A stretch of 64,000 nt of DNA from Candidatus Zipacnadia bacterium (GTDB lineage: Bacteria; Armatimonadota; Zipacnadia; Zipacnadales; Zipacnadaceae): NCBI GenBank assembly GCA_029820565.1, contig JALGUR010000022.1, positions 17,731 through 81,730 of the forward strand, in the 5' to 3' direction. Positions 48,863-59,398 of this stretch are shown here, piece by piece. The position numbers were made by a program, and so were the translations under genes. Numbering within the stretch: position 1 is the stretch's first letter; each line of letters opens with the position of its first letter. A model generated the notes under the pieces. It had not been told where the DNA came from. It searched no databases and saw nothing but the letters and a program-made list of their open reading frames with translations.

Positions 48863-49612
48863 CTAATGCGTATCAGGGAAGAACTTGGCCAATTGCTGGA
48901 TCGGAGCAGGACGGTTGAACCTCGCACACAGGGCAAAAGCCTCAGCAAAGGTGATGCCGCAAGCCGCGCCATAGTGGCGCGCGGTGGCCTCCACCTGAGC
49001 GAATATATCGGTCCGGTGGTGATCCTGAAGGAACTGGTGTTGGCTCTTATGAGCCTGCAATGCTTCTATTTTCAGGTCAAAGGTGGCGGTTATATCCGCA
49101 TAGATTGAAGGGACAAATGGTGTGCCGGGCAGCGGAGCGTAGTAAAAAGTCCAGGGAATCATTGAAGACGGAGGATATTCGCTCTCTCTTTCGGCATTGC
49201 TGGCATTCAGGCTGGCATTAAGAGCGAGTTCGGCGACGCAGCGATGGTGGTGGTGGTAATCATCTAGGACACCAACGAATAACAAGTGAGGGTCCGCGCG
49301 GCGAAACAAGTTACGGAAATCCATCTCCAGTGCCTGATAGTCATTGTGATAACGGTCCATAAAATCGTCATCGCCATACCCCAGCCACTCCAGTGTGACG
49401 CCTAATATCTGACAGGCTTCAAGCATCTCCTGGTGGCGGACTTCGGCTCTTTTTTCACGTGTAGCGCCGGGCAAGCCCCCCATATTCCCATTCAGTGCCA
49501 CCCCTACCGTCACGTCAAGCCCGGCCTGAGCCTGCAAGGCGAGTGTACCCGATACCATCATCTCATCATCAGGGTGCGCCACTACCGCTAATACGCGTAG
49601 GTTTTCGGCCAT
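48863..49612 (-). CDS. PIG-L family deacetylase
   Basis: AHPDDE, R..E...A..ILG, DYHHHH, AHKSQ and AEAF motifs. Confidence 0.9.
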   Translation of the reverse strand: MAENLRVLAVVAHPDDEMMVSGTLALQAQAGLDVTVGVALNGNMGGLPGATREKRAEVRHQEMLEACQILGVTLEWLGYGDDDFMDRYHNDYQALEMDFRNLFRRADPHLLFVGVLDDYHHHHRCVAELALNASLNASNAERESEYPPSSMIPWTFYYAPLPGTPFVPSIYADITATFDLKIEALQAHKSQHQFLQDHHRTDIFAQVEATARHYGAACGITFAEAFALCARFNRPAPIQQLAKFFPDTH

Positions 49613-49713
49613 CTAAATCACCGTATGCTGCAGTCTCACTGGAAGTTTGATTCTTTGATACGCTACGGACCAATTCCTGTCAAATCGTGCCTTTTGTGTC
49701 AGGTTATTCCATA

Positions 49714-50541
49714 CTACTGCAACTGAGGCGCAGGCAGTTCCGCGACATACGAGGCAATCGTCAGCACGCAGTCGGGATGCTCCTGGAAGAAGGAAGCGGG
49801 AACCTGCGGGGTAATCGGACCATGAACTACCTTGCGGATGATCGCCGACTGCCAGCGGCGGTTGAGATAAAAATGAATCTGCCGCGCACCCAGTATCTCC
49901 TTCATACCAATGGTAACGGCTCGCCGGGGGATGATGTCACGGTTGCCGCGGGCACAGGTTACTGAGTTAATCAACCGGGTCTCTCGCGTCAAACTTAGGA
50001 CGCGGGTAGGCAAGTTTTTGAACACTTGGGGGGGCACGTCTTCGCCTGGTTCCGGTGGCTCGTTGAAAGCAATGTGCCCATTGATACCAATGCCGCCAAA
50101 GGCAATGTCAATCCCGCCTAAGTCATCAATTCTCTGTAGAACAGTCTCCGGGCAATGCGGATCAGGAAAGATAGTGTTTTCCTTCGGTATGCGCTTGTCT
50201 TCGTCCAGACGCGAATAGAGTTCCCTGTCCATAAAGGCTCTAAAACTGAGGGGATGATCCAGGGGCAGCCACTCGTCGTTGTCGTCAAGGTACTCGTCCA
50301 TATTGAAGCAGACGAGGTTCTCGCAGCTTATGCCTTCAGTATTGCACAGACGAGCAAAACGGCGGTACTGGCCAACCGGTCCGACCGGGACGATGAATGT
50401 GGTCGGCCGGTCCGCCGCGTTGTTCTCGCGCACCTTGTTAGCCATAACCCGAGCGAAATCGTTGTAGAGGTCTTCTTCGGTCTCCAGGATTTCGATTTTG
50501 ATGGGGCTACCCGTGCCCAGTTGATGTCCAGGAATCTCCAT
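49714..50541 (-). CDS. glucosamine-6-phosphate deaminase/isomerase-like protein
   Basis: PVGPVGQY, FNMDEY, GGIGINGHIAFNEP, AVTIGM and VPASF motifs. Confidence 0.88.
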   Translation of the reverse strand: MEIPGHQLGTGSPIKIEILETEEDLYNDFARVMANKVRENNAADRPTTFIVPVGPVGQYRRFARLCNTEGISCENLVCFNMDEYLDDNDEWLPLDHPLSFRAFMDRELYSRLDEDKRIPKENTIFPDPHCPETVLQRIDDLGGIDIAFGGIGINGHIAFNEPPEPGEDVPPQVFKNLPTRVLSLTRETRLINSVTCARGNRDIIPRRAVTIGMKEILGARQIHFYLNRRWQSAIIRKVVHGPITPQVPASFFQEHPDCVLTIASYVAELPAPQLQ

Positions 50542-50765
50542 TATTTCGATTGTAGTTCACTCTCCTTGATTGACTGTACCATTTACTATACATATCAGCA
50601 CTCGGTCAGTCAAGGTTGCAAACCCAGACACCGCTCAACTGGAGAAGTCTGTTTAAGTTACTACTTGCCCGTCATGGCAGATTGTACTTGACAAGACCGC
50701 TACTAATCTGGTATCATAAGAGACACTGGGGGCATACAAGTTGCTTCGGCGTGGACTTGCATAGT

Positions 50766-50794
50766 TGACAAATCCCCCCTATTATTGTAAACTT
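50766..50794 (+). promoter_or_regulatory. sigma70 promoter upstream of the porin gene
   Basis: TTGACA-17 nt-TAAACT; a second TTGACA-18 nt-TATCAT starts at 50688. Confidence 0.55.
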
Positions 50795-50976
50795 GCAGAC
50801 CAGCGTGGGCAGTTACACGGAGAGAAGATGATTCTGGCCGTGTGGAAATCAAAAAGTAAGTCTGGCCGCAGCGGGACATTAGCCGACCTCGTGGGCCAGG
50901 CCTGCTTTATTTAATAAATCGCCGTCGCCGTATGATGACGGCACCGAGGGATATTCCAAACTATGGGAGGGATACT

Positions 50977-52104
50977 ATGAAGAAGTACACGCTGCTAATG
51001 GTAGTTGCAGTAGCATTGGCTGTTGTGTATCCTGCTATTGCCCAGCAGACGGCACAGGATATTGACGCTAAGCTACAAGAACTGGACGCAAAGATGCAAG
51101 AAATGGAAGAACTCAAGCAGGACTTAGAGGCGCTGCGAGGGGAACTGGAGGCGGCCCCGGCCAAGCCCAGTTGGGCGGACCGGGTCAGCATTAACGGCTA
51201 CTTCCAGACCCGGTATACGGCACGCGACTGGCCTAACGCCCAGGACGACTTTAGCCTGCGGCGGATGTACATCAACATGATCATCAAGGCTAATGAGCGC
51301 ACCAATGCGGTGATTAGCTGGACACGCATTGGTCCCGACCCTATCGCGACCTCGAGCACCGACTGGTGCAACGTCTTCGTGGATTACAAGTTGTCGGATT
51401 TGTGGACGACGCGTATCGGCCAGGCTCCGGACTGGTTTGGTCTGGAGACCATGCAGGGCTCCTCAGCCCGTATGGCTCTGGAGCGGGCACGAGTTCTGGA
51501 GGCAGGCTTGTTGGCAGACGCGGGTGCTCCTACCCAAACCCCGGGGCTGTACTTTGCTGGACCGTGGGACCGGGGGATATGGTTCATCCGCAACCCGCGA
51601 GGCAACGAGCCCCAGGCTATATTCGGGGTGATGAACGGTCAGTTCCGTGGCAACGATGCGAACACTAACAAAACCGTGTCAGTGGACCTGAAGTGGAACC
51701 GCCCCTGGGGGCAGTTCGGCGCCAGTTGGTTGGACGGCGAGTTCACCGGTGCAGCTACCAATGACCGCAATGCCCTGTTGGGCTATGCACGGTGGGACCC
51801 GCCCGACACCCGTTGGGCTTTGCAGGGGGAGTACGTTGAAGGCGAAATATGGAGTAACGATATTGATGGCTGGTATGCTCAGGCAGAATATGCCGGTGCC
51901 ACGCCTGGGGGTACGGCGTTTCTGAAGTGTGAGGAATTCGACCCGGATGACGCCACCGCTGGGGACACGTACGACGCCTGGCACCTGGGCTACGCCCAGT
52001 GGCTGGACCAGAATAATGAAGTGACCCTGCAGTATACCGACGCTGAGGTGGGAACTGCCGGTCGGGACGAAGTCGGTCTGCAGTGGCAGTTCGGGTTCAG
52101 ATAG
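50977..52104 (+). CDS. outer membrane porin (OprO/OprP-like)
   Basis: Signal peptide, N-terminal coiled coil, INGYFQTRY, F-LRR, DRG and terminal LQWQFGFR beta-signal. Confidence 0.8.
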   Translation: MKKYTLLMVVAVALAVVYPAIAQQTAQDIDAKLQELDAKMQEMEELKQDLEALRGELEAAPAKPSWADRVSINGYFQTRYTARDWPNAQDDFSLRRMYINMIIKANERTNAVISWTRIGPDPIATSSTDWCNVFVDYKLSDLWTTRIGQAPDWFGLETMQGSSARMALERARVLEAGLLADAGAPTQTPGLYFAGPWDRGIWFIRNPRGNEPQAIFGVMNGQFRGNDANTNKTVSVDLKWNRPWGQFGASWLDGEFTGAATNDRNALLGYARWDPPDTRWALQGEYVEGEIWSNDIDGWYAQAEYAGATPGGTAFLKCEEFDPDDATAGDTYDAWHLGYAQWLDQNNEVTLQYTDAEVGTAGRDEVGLQWQFGFR

Positions 52105-52165
52105 TGGTTAGTGGTCGAGCGAATTGGCGAGTAGTGTGAGTGATTACACCATCGGTAGCTAATTG

Positions 52166-52239
52166 CCTCGTCCGGGGAGGTCAGTGGCCGAGCACCGGGT
52201 GCAAATGTCCCGGCGGATTGCTGATTTCACCGGACGAGG
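52166..52239. other. long imperfect hairpin between the porin gene and iorA
   Basis: cctcgtccgg / ccggacgagg outer stem with further internal pairing and a ccggg/cccgg apical stem. Confidence 0.6.
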
Positions 52240-52296
52240 TTCTGTATCAGTACCATTACTCAAAACCGCACATGCGCATTGAGTACCATATCCCCA

Positions 52297-54042
52297 ATGA
52301 CGGAAACCGTGACCTCCGTACTGTTATCAGGCAATGAAGCCATCGCCCAGGGCGCCTATGAGGCGGGCGTGGCATTTGCCTCAGGCTATCCCGGGACGCC
52401 CTCCTCAGAGGTCTTAGAGACCCTAAGTAGACTGACCGCTATACCGGTAGAGTGGGCCCCTAATGAGAAGGCAGCCCTGGAAGCGGCTGTCGGGGCTTCA
52501 TTAGCCGGCGCCCGCGCTCTGGTTACGATGAAGCACGTGGGTCTGAATGTGGCCGCCGATCCTCTATTTACTGCCGCTTATACCGGAATTGAAGGCGGAT
52601 TAGTGGTCATAACCGGCGACGACCCCGGGATGTACAGTTCCCAGAATGAGCAGGATAACCGCCACTACGCGTTCGCCGCTCAAGTCCCGATGCTGGAGCC
52701 GGCCGATTCCCAGGAGGCTCTGAACTTCGCTCGGCAAGCGTTTGAACTCAGCGAGCAGTTTGATATTCCCGTACTGGTGCGCAGCACCACTCGCCTCAGC
52801 CATACCAAGTGTGTCGTCCATCCAGAAACTCCCGAATTATTACAAAGAACTTACGAGCCGGCTGAGAATCGCCCCAAGTATGTGATGATACCGGCTCATG
52901 CCCGCGAGCGCCATCGCGATTTACTGGCACGCATCAGGCGACTGAGACAAGTAAGTAACACAGAGCAGTTTAATCGTATTGAGCCGGGAGATACCAGGCT
53001 CGGTATCATCGCCTCCGGCATTGCTTACCAGTGCGCCAAGGAGGTTGCTCCCCAGGCCAGTTTTCTGAAGATCGGAATGCCGTTTCCGTTCCCGGGCGAA
53101 GTAGTACAGCAGTTCGCGGCCAGTGTTGACCGACTGGTCGTATTTGAGGAACTTGACCGCGTCCTGGAGCAGCAAGTACGGGGGCTGGGACTGGAGTGTG
53201 AAGCTAAGCCGGACTCAATGCTCACCGGAGAACTGTCAGTGCAAAGCGCTGCTCAGGTCATCCGGGATGAGCAGGCGCAGCCAACCACAGACGCGTTAGT
53301 GCCAATCCGGCCGCCGATAATGTGCGGTGGCTGCCCCCACCGGCCGGTTTTTTATATTCTGAAGAAGTTGAAGGCATATGTTACCGGTGATATCGGCTGC
53401 TATACTCTGGCAGTTCTCCCTCCACTGGAGATACTTCAGACCTGTCTGTGTATGGGTGCTGGTGTCGGTCAAGCCCATGGCATCGCCCAGGTCTATGACG
53501 GCGACCGTCCTATCGTGGCGGTCATTGGCGATTCTACATTTGTCCATTCGGGAATTACCGGACTCATCAATATGGTCTATAATCAGTCAGCCGCTACTGT
53601 GGTCATTCTGGACAATGGCACCACGGCGATGACCGGCGGGCAATATCACCCAGCCACGGGACTGAACTTGCGTGGGGAGCCTGCTCCCCAGTTAAACATG
53701 GTTGCTTTGTGCCAAGCGATAGGCGTAGAGCGAGTGCGAGTCGTTGATCCTTACGATTTACAACAGTTGGAAGAGACACTCAGGGAGGAAACGACCACTG
53801 AAGAGTTATCCGTAGTCATTGCCCGCCGGCCCTGTGTACTGCTGGAGCGCAAGTCGCTGGGGCGGTTAGAATTTGATGCCGATGCTTGTGTGGCCTGTGG
53901 GTTGTGCCTGGATTTGGGGTGCCCCGCATTAGTTCAGGACAGTGAAACTGAACAGCGACAACCTGCAATTCATGCGACTTTTTGCAATGGCTGTGGAGTG
54001 TGTGCGCAAGTCTGCCCGCGGCAGGCGCTAAACATAACTTGA
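52297..54042 (+). CDS. iorA: indolepyruvate:ferredoxin oxidoreductase alpha subunit
   Basis: LSGNEAIA, GYPGTPS, MKHVGLNVAADP, SSQNEQD, CGGCPHR, GDIGCY, IGDSTF and two ferredoxin Cys clusters. Confidence 0.95.
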   Translation: MTETVTSVLLSGNEAIAQGAYEAGVAFASGYPGTPSSEVLETLSRLTAIPVEWAPNEKAALEAAVGASLAGARALVTMKHVGLNVAADPLFTAAYTGIEGGLVVITGDDPGMYSSQNEQDNRHYAFAAQVPMLEPADSQEALNFARQAFELSEQFDIPVLVRSTTRLSHTKCVVHPETPELLQRTYEPAENRPKYVMIPAHARERHRDLLARIRRLRQVSNTEQFNRIEPGDTRLGIIASGIAYQCAKEVAPQASFLKIGMPFPFPGEVVQQFAASVDRLVVFEELDRVLEQQVRGLGLECEAKPDSMLTGELSVQSAAQVIRDEQAQPTTDALVPIRPPIMCGGCPHRPVFYILKKLKAYVTGDIGCYTLAVLPPLEILQTCLCMGAGVGQAHGIAQVYDGDRPIVAVIGDSTFVHSGITGLINMVYNQSAATVVILDNGTTAMTGGQYHPATGLNLRGEPAPQLNMVALCQAIGVERVRVVDPYDLQQLEETLREETTTEELSVVIARRPCVLLERKSLGRLEFDADACVACGLCLDLGCPALVQDSETEQRQPAIHATFCNGCGVCAQVCPRQALNIT

Positions 54043-54045
54043 GAA

Positions 54046-54645
54046 ATGAACAGCCCAGAGTCCGGTTCAATAATATTAGTGGGAGTGGGCGGGCAAGGCG
54101 TGTTGACGGCGGCAGAAATTGTCGCCCAGGCCTGCCTGCAGGAAGGATATGATGTAAAGAAGAGCGAAGTACACGGTATGGCCCAGCGCGGCGGCAGCGT
54201 GGTCAGCCATGTGCGCTATGCTCACAACGGGTCGGTCGCTGCACCGCTACCCAGGCCCGGAACCGTCAATTTAATAGTGGGCTTTGAACTAATAGAGGCA
54301 GTGCGGGCCCTTAGTTGGCTAACACCAAAGGGTCAGGCAGTGGTGAACGACGTGCTGCTGGCCCCGCCTTCGGCTAATCGGGCCCAGGTACCGAGTAAGC
54401 AATATTGTTTAGCAAAGGTCAAAAAGCATACCCAGCGGATAGTAGTAGTGGATGGGGAGGAATTGGCCCAGCAGATAGGGAATATACGCACTATCAACAC
54501 AGCCATTGTCGGAGCCGCGGCGGCTTTGCTGCCCATATCGTGGCATACTTGGCGCGAAGCAATGGAGCAATCAGTACCCGCCGGTACGGCTGAAATAAAC
54601 TGGCAGGCCTTTGAACTGGGGTACGCGAAAGCCGCCCGTGTGTGA
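54046..54645 (+). CDS. iorB: indolepyruvate:ferredoxin oxidoreductase beta subunit
   Basis: GVGGQG and SEVHGMAQRGGSV motifs. Confidence 0.95.
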   Translation: MNSPESGSIILVGVGGQGVLTAAEIVAQACLQEGYDVKKSEVHGMAQRGGSVVSHVRYAHNGSVAAPLPRPGTVNLIVGFELIEAVRALSWLTPKGQAVVNDVLLAPPSANRAQVPSKQYCLAKVKKHTQRIVVVDGEELAQQIGNIRTINTAIVGAAAALLPISWHTWREAMEQSVPAGTAEINWQAFELGYAKAARV

Positions 54646-54725
54646 ATACTGAATTAAAAGTAGCTGGGGCAGGAACTGGCCAGCGCCAGGCGAATATTCG
54701 TTAGTAAGTGCGAGGTGACAATAGA

Positions 54726-55013
54726 GTGGAAGAAACTGTCGGACCAATGATTGGCCTTGCCTTTGTGGCATTCTACTTCCTGTTCATTGGGACGATGGTG
54801 CTGATGACCCTAGGCAGTTTGGTGGTTACAATCCTGGCCGTCTGGGACTGCGCGCGGCGTGACTTCCCTGATCCCAACACGCGGGCGCTATGGTGTGTGC
54901 TCATTGTAATGACCAAGTGGCTCGGGGCACTGATCTACTACATAGTTGTCTACCGTACGAACAACCCGCCGTTGCCGGCGCGGGTCGCGCCTGCATCTGC
55001 TCAATCTAAGTAG
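54726..55013 (+). CDS. small membrane protein (PLDc N-terminal-like)
   Basis: W-DC-RR-F...ALW..LI...LGALIY pattern; GTG start after GAGGTG. Confidence 0.7.
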   Translation: MEETVGPMIGLAFVAFYFLFIGTMVLMTLGSLVVTILAVWDCARRDFPDPNTRALWCVLIVMTKWLGALIYYIVVYRTNNPPLPARVAPASAQSK

Positions 55014-55100
55014 GGTGCAGACGGTGGGCGGCCAGACCAGAGGTGTGATAAGGTTTACTGCACAAAAGCAAGCTGAGGATTAGCAGAAGGACGATCAGCC

Positions 55101-56396
55101 ATGATTTGGGATGTACGCAATGAGTGTATGAGTGTTGACGAACGCGAGGCTATTCAAGTCAAGCGCCTGCGGGCGATGATAGGGCGGGTCAAAGCGACGG
55201 TTCCGTTCTACCACCGCGTCCTGGCCGACATTGACCCCGCCGATATAGAAAGCCTGGACGATCTGCCCAGGTTACCATTCACCACCAAAGAGGACTTGCG
55301 CCAGAATTATCCCTACGGAATGTTTGCCGTACCAATGGAGGATGTCGTGCGAATTCATGCGTCCTCAGGCACCACCGGTAAGCCCACGGTGGTCGGCTAT
55401 ACGCGCGCTGATATCGCGTTGTGGGCTGATATGATAGCCCGATCACTGTGCCAGGCAGACGCCATCCCCGGTGATATTCTCCACAACGCTTATGGTTACG
55501 GTATGTTCACGGGGGGCCTGGGCTTGCATTATGGTGGTGAACGGCTGGGGGTAGCGGTGCTTCCGATGTCCGGTGGCAATACCAAGCGTCAAATTATGAT
55601 GGCCCAGGATTTCGGGAGCACTTTGCTATCATGCACCCCTTCTTATGCTCTGCGGCTGGCCGAAGTAGCCGAGGAGATGGGTGTGGACATCACCAGCCTA
55701 CCACTACGTAGCGGAATTTTCGGGGCAGAGCCGTGGACTGAGGCAATGCGAACCGAAATTGAGCAGCGCGTCGGCCTTAAGGCTTACAATATCTACGGTC
55801 TCAGCGAAGTAACTGGCCCGGGTGTGTCCAATGAATGTGAGTACCAGAATGGCTCTCACATCAACGACGACCATTTCATTCCCGAAGTCATAGACCCCGA
55901 TACTGGCGAGGTTCTACCCGATGGCGAGGAAGGCGAGTTAGTCTTCACTTGCGTTACCAAGGAATGCCTACCCCTAATCCGTTACCGCACCAGTGATATG
56001 TGCAGCATTACTCACGATCTCTGCCCATGTGGCCGCACCACGCCGCGCATGAGTTTGGTGACCGGCCGCACCGACGATATGTTAATAATTCGAGGCATCA
56101 ACGTCTATCCATCACAGATTGAGCAAGTGCTACTCAGTTTTGAGGAAGTTGAGCCTCACTACCTAATTGAAGTAGATCGGAAGGGAACCTTGGACCAACT
56201 AACTGTGCAGGTCGAGATCTCTCCTGACTTCTTTGCCGACCGAGTCGGCGAGTTAGAAGACCTGAACCGAGGAATTCGCGGAGAAATTGAGAGTGTTCTG
56301 GGGCTAAGTATCGAAGTACAACTAATGGAGCCAAAGTCTATTACCCGCGGCGAAGGTAAAGTACAGCGAGTGGTAGACAAGCGACAGACCGATTAG
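55101..56396 (+). CDS. paaK: phenylacetate-CoA ligase family protein
   Basis: [30 protein letters not shown] and [16 protein letters not shown] motifs. Confidence 0.93.
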   Translation: MIWDVRNECMSVDEREAIQVKRLRAMIGRVKATVPFYHRVLADIDPADIESLDDLPRLPFTTKEDLRQNYPYGMFAVPMEDVVRIHASSGTTGKPTVVGYTRADIALWADMIARSLCQADAIPGDILHNAYGYGMFTGGLGLHYGGERLGVAVLPMSGGNTKRQIMMAQDFGSTLLSCTPSYALRLAEVAEEMGVDITSLPLRSGIFGAEPWTEAMRTEIEQRVGLKAYNIYGLSEVTGPGVSNECEYQNGSHINDDHFIPEVIDPDTGEVLPDGEEGELVFTCVTKECLPLIRYRTSDMCSITHDLCPCGRTTPRMSLVTGRTDDMLIIRGINVYPSQIEQVLLSFEEVEPHYLIEVDRKGTLDQLTVQVEISPDFFADRVGELEDLNRGIRGEIESVLGLSIEVQLMEPKSITRGEGKVQRVVDKRQTD

Positions 56397-56448
56397 TAGC
56401 GGACGACTCAGACTAATGCAGTCAATCAAACTGAGCGGAGGCAGTACA

Positions 56449-56889
56449 ATGAATGCGGTGCAGCAAACCTCGGTGTTCTTGGAGAATAAGTCGGGCCGCT
56501 TGGCTGAGGTCACTCAAATAATAGCCGAGGCGGGCATAAATCTGATAGCACTATCAATCGCGGAGACCTCTGATTTTGGTATTCTGCGGTTCATCTGTGA
56601 CCAGCCCGACAAGGCGGCGCAAGTTCTGCGCGAGGCAGGTTTTTCAGTCGGGGAGACGGAAGTCCTGGCAGTGCAAGTGCCCCATCAACCCGGAGGACTC
56701 GCTGAAGTAGTAGGGCTAATCAAGCCCCTGGGTATCAACATTGAATACCTGTATGCCTTCGCCGGACGCACCGGCCAGCAGGCTGTAGTAGTACTGCGGC
56801 CGGAGAACGGCCGCAACCAGGAGGTGGCCGGAGTTCTGCAGCAGGCCGGTTATGTATTGCTCACCCCCGAGCAGGCGTACGACTTCTGA
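56449..56889 (+). CDS. tandem ACT domain protein
   Basis: QTSVFLENKSGRL, ETSDFGILR and NIEYLYAF motifs. Confidence 0.9.
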   Translation: MNAVQQTSVFLENKSGRLAEVTQIIAEAGINLIALSIAETSDFGILRFICDQPDKAAQVLREAGFSVGETEVLAVQVPHQPGGLAEVVGLIKPLGINIEYLYAFAGRTGQQAVVVLRPENGRNQEVAGVLQQAGYVLLTPEQAYDF

Positions 56890-57004
56890 ACCAAGTTATC
56901 TCAAAAAATCCCGGCCGACCAGAAGGTGGGCCTTGACCAATTCGACGAATTGACTTAGTGGGCAAACTGAACCCAAATCACACTTACAAAGGGAGGTCGT
57001 AAAG

Positions 57005-58243
57005 ATGAAAGTAGTATCAAGCAGATGGATGCAGGTCGTAGGAGTTAGTTGTCTGGTGGTAGTGGTGGCGGTGGCGTTTTCCTTGAGCGGGTGTCCGCCC
57101 AAGCCAGAACCCACGCCGCCTGGCCCAATGCCGCCAGGTCCCGTCAAACCGGCCAAGCCCGCCCCAACCGGCGAGCCGGTAAAGATTGGGGCAATCTTCA
57201 GTGTTACAGGTCCTGCCTCACCGTTAGGCGACCCCGAAAAGAAGACTGTCGAGTTGCTGGTAGAACAGATCAATGCGGACGGCGGGGTATTGGGCCGACC
57301 ACTGGAGGTCATCGTCAAGGATGACAAAAGTGAGCCGACTGAAGCGGTGCTGGCCGTCAAGGACCTGATTGAGGGTGAAGAGGTAGTGGCCGTCATTGGT
57401 CCGTCACGGACCCCGACCACGATGGCCATCAAGGACATATGCCAAGAAGCGGCGGTGCCCCTGGTCTCCTGTGCCGCCGGCAGGACCATTACTGACCCGG
57501 TGGCCACATATGTATTTGCGGTGCCCCAGACCAATACTCTGGCGGTCGAGGCGTGCTTCGACTATCTGGAGAGAGAGGGCATCGACCAGGCGGCTTTCAT
57601 CTACGCTGCCAACTCCTACGGCGAAGATGGCTACAACAATGCCAAGGTCATCGCTGCCGAACGTGGTGTCGAGCTGGTAACTGTTGAGACCTTCGGCGGC
57701 GAAGATACTGATATGACCGCCCAGCTCACCAAAATCAAGGCCAAGTCGCCCGGTGCCATCGTCTGCTGGGGAACCAATCCGGGGCCGGCTATCGTCTGCA
57801 AGAACGCTCAGACTCTGGGGATAGACGTGCCCATGCTGCAGAGCCACGGCGTGGCCAATATGAAGTTCATCGAATTGGCCGGCGACGCCGCTAATGGAGT
57901 GCAACTGCCTGCAGGCCGGTTGATCGTCTACGATCAGATTTCGCCTGATGACCCCCAGAAGGCCGTATTGGATGAGTTCGCGGCTGCCTACAAAGCCAAG
58001 TACGACAAACCGCCCAATACTTTCGCCGGGCATGCCTACGATGCTTTGTGGATAACGGTCAACGCTTTGGAAGCGGCCGGTGAAGTGGACCGCGCCAAAG
58101 TTCGCGACGCTGTTGAGCAGACTGAGGAGTTTGTGGGAACGGCTGGCATCTTTAACTACTCCGCCGAAGACCACAACGGTCTGACCGCCGAGGCCTTCGT
58201 CTGGGTGAAGATAGTAGACGGCAACTGGATGCTCAGCGAATAG
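57005..58243 (+). CDS. branched-chain amino acid-type ABC transporter substrate-binding lipoprotein
   Basis: Lipobox LSGC; VKIGAIFSVTGPAS and INADGGVLGRPL motifs. Confidence 0.92.
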   Translation: MKVVSSRWMQVVGVSCLVVVVAVAFSLSGCPPKPEPTPPGPMPPGPVKPAKPAPTGEPVKIGAIFSVTGPASPLGDPEKKTVELLVEQINADGGVLGRPLEVIVKDDKSEPTEAVLAVKDLIEGEEVVAVIGPSRTPTTMAIKDICQEAAVPLVSCAAGRTITDPVATYVFAVPQTNTLAVEACFDYLEREGIDQAAFIYAANSYGEDGYNNAKVIAAERGVELVTVETFGGEDTDMTAQLTKIKAKSPGAIVCWGTNPGPAIVCKNAQTLGIDVPMLQSHGVANMKFIELAGDAANGVQLPAGRLIVYDQISPDDPQKAVLDEFAAAYKAKYDKPPNTFAGHAYDALWITVNALEAAGEVDRAKVRDAVEQTEEFVGTAGIFNYSAEDHNGLTAEAFVWVKIVDGNWMLSE

Positions 58244-58525
58244 ATAGAGTGAATCGCTGGGCAAATACCAGGGGCTTGTAGCCGGGCCGTCACACGCCTG
58301 GAGTGTCTGTTGGGTAGTCCAGAACGAACTTCCCTGTCGCGAGATGCGGTCGGGGCGGAGTTGTGGTGGCAGGGGCGTTGTCGGTTGTAGGTTACTACAG
58401 GAGGGCCACCCATAGCCCGAATATCGTCGGGAAGCCGTCGGTATGAGACCATGGGCGGTAACCGCTTGTGGTACGGTGCGTTCGGTCTGACAAAGCAACT
58501 ATCGAAGCAAAGGTTGGCCTCATAA

Positions 58526-59398
58526 ATGAGCCTGGCTGACCAGTTATTGCAGTATCTAATCACCGGCGTCTCCGTAGGTATGGTCTATGGGTTGGTGGGG
58601 CTGGGGATTACTATAATCTTTAACGCCACCGGCATTATCAATTTCGCTCAAGGCGAGTTCGTGATGCTGGGCGGGATGATTGCGGTAGCCCTGACGGCGG
58701 CCCGACTGCCCTTGGCAGCAGCAGTCATATTAGCGGTGGCCGCCGTGACAATGGTAGCTCTGGTCACCGAAAGGCTTGCGATTCGCCCACTGCGAGGCGC
58801 CTCGGTGATACCCCTGATTATCGCGACTATTGGCGTCTCCCTGATATTGCAGGGAGGCGCCAAGTTAGTATGGGGACCCGAAGCCGTTAGACTACCCGCC
58901 TTTAGCGGGGAGCAGCCGATTAGAATTGGCGGTGGTGGTATAGACCCACAAAGGTTATGGGTAATGGGTCTGGCGGCTTTGAGCGTAGCGGCGGTGCAAC
59001 TATTCTTCAAGTATACGCTGGCGGGTAAGGCAATGCGCGCCTGTGCCATTAATCGGGCGGCGGCACGTCTGGTTGGCATTAGCATTGACCGGATGGTCCG
59101 GCTAAGTTTTGCTATGAGTGCGGCTCTGGCGGCCTTGGGAGGGGTGGTGCTGACACCGGTCGCCTTGATGCAGTGTTCTCAAGGCACTCACTACACCCTC
59201 ACCGGCTTTCTGGCGGCGGTACTAGGCGGACTGGGCAGTGGTTTAGGAGCTGTCCTGGGGGGAATTTTGTTAGGAATTGTCGAGAGCCTATCGGCTGGTT
59301 TTATCTCCTCTGGATATAGCAAGGCTATTGCATTGGCTGTCGCCTTAGTAGTGCTATGGTGGCGTCCTGAAGGGCTGGTTAGGCGACGGCAAGCCTAG
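58526..59398 (+). CDS. livH: branched-chain ABC permease
   Basis: INFAQGEF, GKAMRA and AAVLGGLGS motifs. Confidence 0.9.
   Translation: MSLADQLLQYLITGVSVGMVYGLVGLGITIIFNATGIINFAQGEFVMLGGMIAVALTAARLPLAAAVILAVAAVTMVALVTERLAIRPLRGASVIPLIIATIGVSLILQGGAKLVWGPEAVRLPAFSGEQPIRIGGGGIDPQRLWVMGLAALSVAAVQLFFKYTLAGKAMRACAINRAAARLVGISIDRMVRLSFAMSAALAALGGVVLTPVALMQCSQGTHYTLTGFLAAVLGGLGSGLGAVLGGILLGIVESLSAGFISSGYSKAIALAVALVVLWWRPEGLVRRRQA

Noticed and set aside
50596-50622. Possible CIRCE element (tcagcactc-N9-aggttgcaa)
   Set aside because: The right arm deviates too much from GAGTGCTAA and the adjacent genes are not chaperones.
50800-50970. Riboswitch in the porin leader
   Set aside because: I could not match conserved cores of cobalamin, TPP, SAM, FMN or c-di-GMP switches by eye; an Rfam scan is needed.
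57404-58498. 364-aa minus-strand ORF
   Set aside because: Antisense to the clearly real substrate-binding protein gene; no motifs.
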